Positions 9,040 to 18,038 of a stretch of DNA of 64,000 bases are shown piece after piece. The position numbers and the translations under genes were made by a program. The stretch's first letter is position 1, and each line of letters begins with the position of its first letter. The DNA comes from an uncultured archaeon (GTDB taxonomy: Archaea; Asgardarchaeota; Heimdallarchaeia; Heimdallarchaeales; Heimdallarchaeaceae): assembly GCA_964534625.1 (NCBI GenBank), contig CAZHRF010000010.1, positions 1-64,000 of the forward strand, in the 5' to 3' direction. Under the pieces are notes generated by a model. It saw only the letters and a list, made by a program, of their open reading frames with translations. It was not told the origin of the DNA and did not search any database.

Positions 9040-10485
9040 TTATCCTTTTCTGATTGAAATACTCTCAAAGAAGGACCCCTCCTCTTGAGATATGATTAGC
9101 AGTGTGGTTGTAATAAACAGGAAAAAAAGGGAAGGGGCAATTAGAGCAATTAGTTGAACTCTCAAAGTAAAATTGGTTAAAAAGAATAAAATTAGAAGTG
9201 TTAATCCACCCACGAAAATGCCTATAAAATTACTGACAGACAGCATAATTTGTTGCACACTCATTGTTGAACCATGTAAAATCGATCTAGATTTTAGGGA
9301 GGTACTATTGCCTAATGTATTATCAAACGACGAGTAGTAAGCAGACGATAAGATAATACATGCCACAAGAGGAATTATAATCCAAGTTATGTTTAGAAAT
9401 TCACTCAAATTCTCAATGGTTACAAGATTCGTTACAAATGGATAAAATAAGAAAAACACTAGTCCTAGAGTTCCCACAAAACCAATAATTGTTGTTAGTT
9501 TTCTCCCTATTTTATCAGAAACATATCCCCAAAGTACCATAGGTGCGCCCATAATTAAAGCAATAAAAACCACTGAAAAACCCGCTGTATCGGGTCTAGT
9601 ATTGATTGCAAGAATTAAAAAACCCCAATAACTTAACAGACCAATTAGTGATCTCATACTGAGTATAGGCAGAATTACTCTCCTTCTTTTTTTGTTTTTC
9701 AGCAACCTACATGTTTTCTTTAAGTGAGTTGTAAAATTATAGTTGTAAGTTTCTTTCATTGGTTGATCCTTTTTTAACATACGGATAACTATAACTACTG
9801 AAGTAATCATCAAAACAGCCAAAAAAATATACACAAAAAACAAATTGATTTCATTAATGGGCGTCCACCCTATTTCTAGGTCAGAAATACCTACAAAGCA
9901 GACATAAACCATACCTGTTAATCCTACACCTATTGCCCTTCCTCCATTTGTTGTAAACGTAAACATCCCTCTTCTTTTTGTCAAACGACAGAGATAGGTA
10001 TATGAGGCATTAATCACACAAGAATGAGTTATACCATACAAAAAATGAAAAATTCCGATCCCAAGTGGTACAAGAACAAGAAAGAGAGTAGTACATCCAA
10101 TGATTGAAGACCAATTAAGAGCACAAATACCATAACCAATAAAGCAAATACCAGCAGAAGCTGCTCCCCACACCATCCACTTTCTTGAGCTTTCAAAATC
10201 ACATTTATGACCAAAATATCCTGATGTCAATAGTTTTCCAGTTGTATGTAAGAATTCCATTATAATAATAAGGAGTATAGATAACCACTTTCTATTTATG
10301 TCTAAATGATAATAAAAAAATAACGGAAGTAAAATAGTTATACCTCCAAAAGTAATCTGTGAAAGAAAAGTCAAGATGATAACACCAACTAATGAATGAG
10401 TTGAATGAGATAGTTTGTTGATTTTATCATTGTTTTTAGTTAAATCGAATTGCGCATGAGAATTTTCTTTTGACATATTTGCCAA
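9040..10485 (-). CDS. MFS transporter
   Basis: About 12 TM; GYVSDKIGRK motif A in the second half. Confidence 0.85.
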   Translation of the reverse strand: MANMSKENSHAQFDLTKNNDKINKLSHSTHSLVGVIILTFLSQITFGGITILLPLFFYYHLDINRKWLSILLIIIMEFLHTTGKLLTSGYFGHKCDFESSRKWMVWGAASAGICFIGYGICALNWSSIIGCTTLFLVLVPLGIGIFHFLYGITHSCVINASYTYLCRLTKRRGMFTFTTNGGRAIGVGLTGMVYVCFVGISDLEIGWTPINEINLFFVYIFLAVLMITSVVIVIRMLKKDQPMKETYNYNFTTHLKKTCRLLKNKKRRRVILPILSMRSLIGLLSYWGFLILAINTRPDTAGFSVVFIALIMGAPMVLWGYVSDKIGRKLTTIIGFVGTLGLVFFLFYPFVTNLVTIENLSEFLNITWIIIPLVACIILSSAYYSSFDNTLGNSTSLKSRSILHGSTMSVQQIMLSVSNFIGIFVGGLTLLILFFLTNFTLRVQLIALIAPSLFFLFITTTLLIISQEEGSFFESISIRKG

Positions 10486-10761
10486 CTTGGATAATGATAT
10501 TTTAAAGAAGATTAAGAAATCTTAAACATTTTGCTTATTATTGACAGTAAAGTTATGATTATAATTTTTCACTACTAGCTGTCTAACCTTATCTACTTGA
10601 ATTATATTGGTGTCTCATCACTTCTCACATGCTCAGCGTAATGTCTTTTTATAGTACCAACGATATTGGTTTAGTCAACAATGGTTCACTTTTCACAAAA
10701 AGTCTTTTATAGGTAAATCTTTTTATTTGTTACATCTTAAGTATATATTAGAACAACAATT

Positions 10762-10846
10762 CCCCTCAGAAATATTTAATGTTAACATCTGATATAAGCA
10801 CAAAATATTTAAGAAGGGGTTCATATTAAAATATTGTTAGTAATAT
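10762..10846. promoter_or_regulatory. Cluster of palindromes upstream of the regulator pair
   Basis: CCCCT..AAATATTT / AAATATTT..AGGGG imperfect inverted repeat, ATGTTAACAT palindrome, AATATT-N6-AATATT. Confidence 0.35.
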
Positions 10847-10874
10847 TATTAAAACAAAAAAAGGAGTTTAACAA

Positions 10875-11297
10875 ATGAGTGATAATAGTGTAACAATTGC
10901 CAAAGTAACAAAACTAGAGGCAGATCAACCGATTGAATTACCAGAAGAATTTTTAGCTGCTCTTAAGCCAGATGGTAAGAATTTTGCAGTGATGATACTT
11001 GCGCCTAACACCAGAATCATCAGGATTATACCAACTGAAACTAATGAAGTTTGTAAAGTTTCTATTAACATAGGAAAACTTTCCCCTGATTTTCTGCGTA
11101 AGATGGGATCTATTTTTATTCGTCTTGGTATTAAGACATTATACAGTACAGGTCTTTGTTTCACACAAAGCTCTTGTGTTTATGAAGGCTATATTGATTC
11201 TGAAGAATTAGTGGATGTTACAATCGATAAGATAAAAGAAGAATTAGAACGAATTGAAGGAGTTTCAAGCGTAATAGTAGAAACATTAACCGTGTGA
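10875..11297 (+). CDS. AbrB-like N-terminal + ACT-like C-terminal regulatory protein
   Basis: N-terminal IELPEEFLAAL swapped-hairpin pattern; C-terminal beta-alpha-beta-beta-alpha-beta ending IKEELERIEGVSSV; strong SD AGGAG. Confidence 0.65.
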   Translation: MSDNSVTIAKVTKLEADQPIELPEEFLAALKPDGKNFAVMILAPNTRIIRIIPTETNEVCKVSINIGKLSPDFLRKMGSIFIRLGIKTLYSTGLCFTQSSCVYEGYIDSEELVDVTIDKIKEELERIEGVSSVIVETLTV

Positions 11298-11313
11298 ACA
11301 TGAGGAGAAATGA

Positions 11314-11985
11314 TTGTCTAAAAGGGAAACTAAAGAAAAGAGATTAAATCTCCTTCTACATCCTTTAAGACGAGAAATATACCGACTTGTTTGTGAAACT
11401 CCTGGTTCATATTTTTTTGAATTGGCAAACATATTAACAGTACCGCATGGAACTGTTAATTGGCATCTTCGGAAATTGGAAAAAGCTAAACTAATTACAT
11501 CAACAAAATTTGGCGGAAAAAGAGTATACTATTCTAGGAATCTTCGAAATAAAGAAATTGAAAAAGCATTTATTGTTCTAAAACACGAGACAGCTAGGAA
11601 AGTATTTACATACATTCTTAACAATGAAGGATGCCACCAATCTGAGATTGCTAGTGCTTTAGACATCCATCATGACACAGTTAGACACCATACCCTTCGT
11701 ATGAAATCAATAAATTTAGTTTCTTCTTATAAAGATGGAAGAAAAACTTGTTATAAATTAGGAACTATGGGAAAGAAGATTCAAGAAGAGAGCATTAATA
11801 CTATTTCTAACACATATGTAGCAATACTTATGGATATTTTAAAAGAAAACTGTCTTCATCCTGAAGTAGAACATAAAAGCAAGGATGAATTAGTAATCCG
11901 TATAGAATGTCCAGGATCACAAGATGTTACATTTAATCTTAATTTATCAGATTGGCAATTTGAAGAGGATTTCTTAGTAACATAA
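11314..11985 (+). CDS. Tandem winged-HTH transcriptional regulator (ArsR-like, COG3398-type)
   Basis: Two HTH units: RREIY..PGSYFFEL..HGTVNWHL and ARKVF..GCHQSEIA..HDTVRHH. Confidence 0.88.
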   Translation: MSKRETKEKRLNLLLHPLRREIYRLVCETPGSYFFELANILTVPHGTVNWHLRKLEKAKLITSTKFGGKRVYYSRNLRNKEIEKAFIVLKHETARKVFTYILNNEGCHQSEIASALDIHHDTVRHHTLRMKSINLVSSYKDGRKTCYKLGTMGKKIQEESINTISNTYVAILMDILKENCLHPEVEHKSKDELVIRIECPGSQDVTFNLNLSDWQFEEDFLVT

Positions 11986-12097
11986 ATAAGCATTCAATGA
12001 ATCATTATAACTAACACGTCTTCAAGAACAGTGCTAAATAACAATTTGTGACGTTTCAATAGAGAACACTGCATAGTAAAGAGAAAATAATTGTGTT

Positions 12098-12220
12098 ACG
12101 GACTGAACAGATCAAGAGGAGATAATCCAGCACCTTGATACAGTACACACACCAGTATAAGAAGTCGGAAAGTATCCCCTTGCATTTCGTTTGGGATTAG
12201 TGGATGCTGTATTCGTCCGT
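12098..12220. ncRNA. Candidate structured ncRNA (rod-like hairpin with loop-E-like motif)
   Basis: Nested pairings ACGGAC/GTCCGT, GAA-CAG-ATC/GAT-CTG-TTC, TAATCC/GGATTA and GATAC/GTATC with AGTA/GAAA internal loop; GC-richer than flanks. Confidence 0.45.
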
Positions 12221-12256
12221 TTGTCTGATAATTGATTGTAACTGACGTTTCTATGA

Positions 12257-12434
12257 GTGACTTTCTCCTCAACATTTTTGATATAAAAGTATTACGGAAA
12301 AATGAGGAGAAACATGAGAAAGAAAACATGCCAGATTATTCGTGAAGAAGCAAATGGAACAGAATAATAACATTTAAGCAGTTAGTATTTCTCCTCAAGA
12401 AAACAAGTAGATTTTTAAATGGGGAGAAAGTCAC
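12257..12434. mobile_element. MITE-like element: 15-bp imperfect terminal inverted repeats, 5-bp flanking direct repeat TATGA
   Basis: GTGACTTTCTCCTCA (12257-12271) vs TGGGGAGAAAGTCAC (12420-12434), 14/15 match. TATGA at 12252-12256 and 12435-12439. Internal copies of the core at 12303-12312 and 12388-12397. Confidence 0.45.
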
Positions 12435-12554
12435 TATGACGACAAGAGCAATTAAAGTAATTTTTAAAAATTGTTACCCATGAACTTCTAAAAAAATCTA
12501 TAAAAGAATACATTTTTTAATGTCTATACTCCCCTTTTTTTAGGGGTGTATATT

Positions 12555-13571
12555 ATGAGTCCCAAAAAAGAAACGACTTCACAAGAAATTTCTAATATTT
12601 CCAACATAAAAATTACGAATGTGGCAAAAAAACTTCAAAATGTACGAGAAAACGTAGCTAAGGTAATTGTAGGACAAAAACAAATTATTGACGCTATGAT
12701 TAATGCACTGCTCTCTGATGGACATGTACTTATGGAAGGAGTTCCGGGTATAGCAAAAACATTAATGGTCAGAGCACTTTCTAGAGCTATTTCAGCTGAA
12801 TACAAACGAATACAATTTACGCCAGATATAATGCCTTCAGATATCACAGGTGTAATGGCCTATCGCCCCGAAACAGGAGACTTCTATTTTAAGAGCGGTC
12901 CAGTTTTTACAAATATTCTTTTAGCAGATGAAATTAATCGTGCTCCCCCTAAATCTCAAGCTGCAATGCTTGAATCAATGCAAGAGAGACAAGTAACAAT
13001 TGAAAAAACATCCCACGTATTACCAGCTCCATTTTTGTGCTTTGCTACCCAAAATCCTCTTGAAACAGAGGGAACATACCCATTACCAGAAGCGCAATTA
13101 GATCGTTTTGCATTTAAAATTTTAGTTTCTTATCCAGAAGAATTTGAAGAAGTAGAAATTTTAGACCGATTTACAGGCGAATACACCTCTTACGACAAAC
13201 TGGACGACATTAAACCTATTTTAACCAGTAAGGAAATTATTCAATACCAAAAATTCATTCGTACAAAAATATCTATTTCTGAAGAATTAAAGAAATATAT
13301 AGTAAGAATTGTTAATTTAACACGAGAGAGCGAAGAAGTGTCACTAGGCGGTAGTCCTCGAGCAAGTTTATGGTTGGCTATTGCAGCCAAATCTTCAGCA
13401 GCTATGGAAGGGAGAACATATGTCAATCCAGCTGATATCCAAAAAGTTGCAAAAAATGTCCTCCGTCACAGAATAATTATTAAACCAGAATATGAGTTCG
13501 ATGGAACAACTTCCGAAATTATTATCGATAGAATATTAAAACACACCCCTGCACCCACTATAGAAAAATAA
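12555..13571 (+). CDS. moxR: MoxR-family AAA+ ATPase
   Basis: EGVPGIAKT Walker A, RIQFTPDIMPSDITG, LADEINRAPPK, ATQNP..EGTYPLPEAQLDRF, SPRAS. Confidence 0.95.
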   Translation: MSPKKETTSQEISNISNIKITNVAKKLQNVRENVAKVIVGQKQIIDAMINALLSDGHVLMEGVPGIAKTLMVRALSRAISAEYKRIQFTPDIMPSDITGVMAYRPETGDFYFKSGPVFTNILLADEINRAPPKSQAAMLESMQERQVTIEKTSHVLPAPFLCFATQNPLETEGTYPLPEAQLDRFAFKILVSYPEEFEEVEILDRFTGEYTSYDKLDDIKPILTSKEIIQYQKFIRTKISISEELKKYIVRIVNLTRESEEVSLGGSPRASLWLAIAAKSSAAMEGRTYVNPADIQKVAKNVLRHRIIIKPEYEFDGTTSEIIIDRILKHTPAPTIEK

Positions 13572-13582
13572 AGGCGAATAAG

Positions 13583-15739
13583 ATGTTTTCAAGAAAACAA
13601 GCGATAGTTTTATTGGTTTTTACCCTTCAAATCTCGCTTCTTTTTAGTGTGGGATTTATAGGATATAATGAGACGAGCTCACAAAACAATAGTGTCTCTG
13701 CTCAAGAAGGATTAACAGTTACTATTCGCCGAGAGCAACAATATTTTATTAATGATACTGTTATTACTCATGGATATATTCATTGGTCCGATTTAGCAGA
13801 TGGACAATTATATCTTTACACCAACACATCAGAACTTTTTGAATATGCATTTTGGGATGCAATTGGCAATTATAGTGACGAAAGAGTCATTGATGATGGT
13901 GACAAACTAATTATTCGTATTCGAACAACCGAGCTTTACTATAAAATAAGTGGTGTCTATCATCCCGATTACTTTATGGACACCAATTTTATTGTTATAT
14001 TTAATACATTCTGGGCACAATTCAGTTATATTACCCCCGATAATGAACAAAGGTATGCACCAGTTAATTATTATAATAAACAATTACTGCCAAAAGGGGC
14101 AGGTATTGTGAGTTTTGCCCCTACAGATGGCGCCACTATTATTAGAGAAAAAGGGTCATTTGGAGTAGTTTGGGGGTATGAAGAACGTGCCATGGATCCT
14201 TTCCATGATCCTTTAACTTATGAAATCACATATAATTTTGATCCTATTTATCTTCAATTTACAGAACAAATGTTTGAAAAACAACAGCAAATCGATCAAC
14301 AACAAAGAGAACAACAATTACTGGATCAATTAAGAGCAAGTTTTAGATTCATAGCATTTTTGGCATTAATTCTCAGTTTACTAGCTTCCTTAATTGGTTA
14401 TTTACTAGCAAAAAGGAAACTACAAACAAAATTGGACGAAGCCCGCAGTCTTCCACGAAGATTATTGAGAGATATTGAGGCTGAAGAAGAACCGGGAAAA
14501 CGTGTATCTTCGATGTTTAGTTTGGTTTTTATTGGTTTGGTATTGAGTTCATCACTGATTGCTTTAAATATAGACCAAGAAATGGGCGGATTGGTCGATA
14601 ATCAACAAATGGGCATAGGATTATCCAATGTACAACCATTACAAGAAAATAGAAGGATTAACTATAAAACAATAATAGATCTTGGAAGAGAAGGTATTGC
14701 ATTAGAATCTGTTACAATGGAGTTACCATATACAGTAGGTAATTTTTCTATCTGGGTACAAACAGATGAAATTGTCGATTTTAAAGCATATGATGAAAGA
14801 GGCGTACAAGTTTCTTATCAAAAATTTTCTAATCGATATCTTATCACTAATGTTGAAGGCTATATTAGATATGAGATGATTAGACCGTATACTTATTACA
14901 ATAATTCCAATATACTTGTATATCTTGATTATTTCTTTTTGGAATTTTATGATTACGAACTTGAAGATTATTCTAAAGCAGATATATCGTTTACAGTAAT
15001 AATTCCAGAAGGAGCTTTTCTTTATAGTGCATCTCCTTCAAACTTATTAGAGATTAGTTATACACCCGAAGGGAGAACCAAAGTTATTTTCACAGACGAA
15101 AATAGAGCTATTGATCCATATCATGATCCCTTCTCAGCTCAAGTTACCTATGCTTTTATTGATGTTCTTGAGGCAATACAAGATGAAGAAGCAATCATAC
15201 GCCATTTTAGAACGAGAACTGAATTAACTGAAGAAGAGATCAAAACACTAAGACAAAATGTAATTTTCATTAGTTTAATAGCTCTTATTGCTCCAATATT
15301 GGCATTTTTACTTTCATATTATATTATGCGAAACAAGATGTTGAAGAAAATTAAAGAAGAAGAAGAAAAACACGAATTATTAATTCCTGTTGAAGAAGTA
15401 CAAATTCAATCATTAATAGAAGCCCAAAAGATAGACTTAGACAAAGAACCTTGGAAGGCCATATTAGGGGGATACTGGGAATTATTAGCTTATTTAAGTA
15501 GATTTACACCAGTAAACCTTCTTTCTGCACAACCAGAAAAACATAAGGAAATAATCACCAAATATATGCCATCATTTCTTATTACGGAAACATTAGAGTT
15601 TCTTTCTGTAGGAAAAAGTATAAATGAAAAACTCGAAAACAATGAACAGATTTTCTACAATAAGGCACAAGCAAGGGATTATTTAACTTCAGTTATGAAA
15701 TTAATGGAGAAACTTGAAAAATGGAGGAACGAACAATAA
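13583..15739 (+). CDS. Membrane protein with two tandem homologous extracellular beta-domains
   Basis: Signal/TM-domain-TM repeated twice; shared RAxDPxHDP and LPxGAxxxSxxP motifs. Confidence 0.8.
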   Translation: MFSRKQAIVLLVFTLQISLLFSVGFIGYNETSSQNNSVSAQEGLTVTIRREQQYFINDTVITHGYIHWSDLADGQLYLYTNTSELFEYAFWDAIGNYSDERVIDDGDKLIIRIRTTELYYKISGVYHPDYFMDTNFIVIFNTFWAQFSYITPDNEQRYAPVNYYNKQLLPKGAGIVSFAPTDGATIIREKGSFGVVWGYEERAMDPFHDPLTYEITYNFDPIYLQFTEQMFEKQQQIDQQQREQQLLDQLRASFRFIAFLALILSLLASLIGYLLAKRKLQTKLDEARSLPRRLLRDIEAEEEPGKRVSSMFSLVFIGLVLSSSLIALNIDQEMGGLVDNQQMGIGLSNVQPLQENRRINYKTIIDLGREGIALESVTMELPYTVGNFSIWVQTDEIVDFKAYDERGVQVSYQKFSNRYLITNVEGYIRYEMIRPYTYYNNSNILVYLDYFFLEFYDYELEDYSKADISFTVIIPEGAFLYSASPSNLLEISYTPEGRTKVIFTDENRAIDPYHDPFSAQVTYAFIDVLEAIQDEEAIIRHFRTRTELTEEEIKTLRQNVIFISLIALIAPILAFLLSYYIMRNKMLKKIKEEEEKHELLIPVEEVQIQSLIEAQKIDLDKEPWKAILGGYWELLAYLSRFTPVNLLSAQPEKHKEIITKYMPSFLITETLEFLSVGKSINEKLENNEQIFYNKAQARDYLTSVMKLMEKLEKWRNEQ

Positions 15740-16452
15740 TGAAGCTATTTACAAAAATAATTATCATTACGCTTTTTTGTGCAATGAGTTTTATCATACC
15801 TTTGAAACCTACAATGGCATCAGAAGATAATGTTTGGACATCACCTGTCACTGAGTTTCAAATTAGTGAAGGAACCAACTTTTCAATATATACAAAAGGA
15901 CCAACAGTTTGGACATTTAAGAGATATACAACGTTAACATATTATTTTAATGCAACAGCTCTTGCTTCAAATGATAGCATAACTATTATCTCTGTTTCCG
16001 CGGGATACAACATTTCTGGAAGAGAATTTGCAGATTTCAAAGGAGGACCAGTAATTAATGAAACTTTTACAGAAGTCAATCAAGCTGTAAACGTTAGTTG
16101 GGAGTATATTATAGAAGAAGAGGATGTTGAAGATTTCTTTATCACACTTAGAATCACTGCTAAAAACTCAACAATGGAAAACAATGAAGATTTTTATACC
16201 ATATTTCCAGGTAGAGGAGAGGATATTGTTGTCGTAACAGAGATAGATTTGGCAATAATAGATCTCCCGGGTTTCCCTAATCCAGAGACTTTTATTATAT
16301 GGATTATCATTTTTTCCATTCTACTTATTTCTATTACTTTACCAGCATTATTTACAGCAAGCTTCAAAACGAAAAATGCCATAAAAAGGCATAGACGAGA
16401 GAATAAAAAAACCAAACAGAACCCAATCCTTGGAGGTACTAATGATGAGTAG
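15739..16452 (+). CDS. Secreted, C-terminally anchored probable glycoprotein
   Basis: TAATG coupling to the upstream gene; signal peptide; 7 NxS/T sequons; C-terminal TM plus basic tail. Confidence 0.8.
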   Translation: MKLFTKIIIITLFCAMSFIIPLKPTMASEDNVWTSPVTEFQISEGTNFSIYTKGPTVWTFKRYTTLTYYFNATALASNDSITIISVSAGYNISGREFADFKGGPVINETFTEVNQAVNVSWEYIIEEEDVEDFFITLRITAKNSTMENNEDFYTIFPGRGEDIVVVTEIDLAIIDLPGFPNPETFIIWIIIFSILLISITLPALFTASFKTKNAIKRHRRENKKTKQNPILGGTNDE

Positions 16453-18034
16453 AGAAAAACCAATGTCTCCCTTGGAAAGAGGAATGAGAAAACTAGATGT
16501 TCTTATGCGTACATTTGGATTACGGACCAGAATTTTCAAAGGATCTAGTCGAGCTATCGTAAAAGGAACAAGGAAAACCTACCCTTATGAGATAGAAGCA
16601 ACGGTTCTTGAAACAGCAAGAGGAATAGGAATACGTGTGAACCCTGATAAGATTTGGTATAGTTTCTTAAAAGTTATTCCTTTTGTTATTTTACTGGGGT
16701 TGAGTATAACACAGTTTGTGGCACCACAAGCAGGTAAATCAATTAGTGACGGGATTGGTGTTAATTTATTTCTTGCAGTACTGGGACATACCGTTAAACC
16801 CATAGGTTTGTTTATCGTTCTTCCCTTAGTGGCCTCACTAGTGGTTGGAGCAGAAATACTTGAAAGACATATCAGAATGAATTATATTAAAAACCGAATG
16901 CCTCGGTTTTTATCCGGAGCCGAATGGGAAGTAGCTGAACCACCAATCTTTTTAGATCTTATTATATCAGCTAATAACATTTTATGGTTAATGTGGGTGG
17001 TTTTAATCATTATTTTTGCTCCTTTCACATTCTCTGAACAAATTGTTAGTAAATTTATTGATGTTTATGGTACAGAGCTAAGTGCTTTAAAGGAGAGTAC
17101 AGTATGGATTTCACTATTCGATATAGGGATAATGACAGGTGTGTTTTTTGCTATTGCATACAAGCAGTTTGCAGAATTTAGAGGTAGTCTAGATAGAAAG
17201 CAATTTAGACAAGATATAGAACTTGAATGGGAAACGAGGGAATTATTACAAACAGGCTTTGGCGCTACCGTTGTTGGTTTCATTGAGCTTTCTATTTTTT
17301 GTTTCATGTTCTGGTCGAATATTAGTATTGTGCAAGCTATTATTTTTATTCTTATAACGTTAATTTCCAGTCAAATAGGGATATGGCTGTTTTGGCAAAA
17401 GGAATCTTACAACTATATAGCAATCGAGTTATGGTTGTTTCTTAGTGTCGTTATTATGGTCTTTCTCAATGCAAACAATAAAGGGTACTCATGGATGATC
17501 ATATGTCATTTATTTTTAATCTTAATTGTACTAGGGGTATTTTTAAACAGGTATTTCGAAGAATACCTCAATGAAAGAGATATATTTGAACCTAGCTGGA
17601 TTTTTAATCCCCTCCCACTAATTCCTTTAATAGAAGTTCTCAAAAAAACCAGATCAAAAGCACCAAAGGGTGTTAGAAGAGAACTCGAAGAGATCCAAGA
17701 AGAGGATATGAAGGATAAACTCAAGGAAAAAGAACCTGTAATACTTAATTTGCAAAAAATCACACATAAAGGCAAAGACGTAGAAAAAATAATTCGTGTG
17801 TATCAAAAAATAGTTGATAGAGCAATAAAAACAAAAATCAACATCTTATCAATTGCTACGCTTAAAGAAACTATAGTTCAAAACATACAAGATGAAGAAA
17901 TTATTCAAGATGCAGAGAGATTTCTAGAAACAGTAGATCAATTACTATGGAATGATAATTTCAAACTTAAAGAAGAAAAAGATGTTTTAGAACAAGGAAA
18001 TAGAGTTTACAACTATATTTTAAAGAGAGGTTAA
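16445..18034 (+). CDS. Hypothetical polytopic membrane protein with charged C-terminal domain
   Basis: GGAGGT SD before ATG overlapping the upstream stop; about 8-9 TM segments. Confidence 0.8.
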   Translation: MSREKPMSPLERGMRKLDVLMRTFGLRTRIFKGSSRAIVKGTRKTYPYEIEATVLETARGIGIRVNPDKIWYSFLKVIPFVILLGLSITQFVAPQAGKSISDGIGVNLFLAVLGHTVKPIGLFIVLPLVASLVVGAEILERHIRMNYIKNRMPRFLSGAEWEVAEPPIFLDLIISANNILWLMWVVLIIIFAPFTFSEQIVSKFIDVYGTELSALKESTVWISLFDIGIMTGVFFAIAYKQFAEFRGSLDRKQFRQDIELEWETRELLQTGFGATVVGFIELSIFCFMFWSNISIVQAIIFILITLISSQIGIWLFWQKESYNYIAIELWLFLSVVIMVFLNANNKGYSWMIICHLFLILIVLGVFLNRYFEEYLNERDIFEPSWIFNPLPLIPLIEVLKKTRSKAPKGVRRELEEIQEEDMKDKLKEKEPVILNLQKITHKGKDVEKIIRVYQKIVDRAIKTKINILSIATLKETIVQNIQDEEIIQDAERFLETVDQLLWNDNFKLKEEKDVLEQGNRVYNYILKRG

Positions 18035-18038
18035 GAAA

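Noticed and set aside
10569-10621. Possible box C/D sRNA on the minus strand (GTGATGA ... GTGA, 53 nt)
   Set aside because: No CTGA box D, no credible D'/C' boxes, no recognisable target
12098-12220. 5S rRNA, lysine riboswitch or T-box identity for the hairpin
   Set aside because: Only the loop-E-like element matches; the 5S CCGAAC loop, riboswitch multi-junction and T-box sequence are absent
12096-12329. 77-aa minus-strand ORF
   Set aside because: No motif or SD, atypical composition; the region is better explained by RNA structure and repeats
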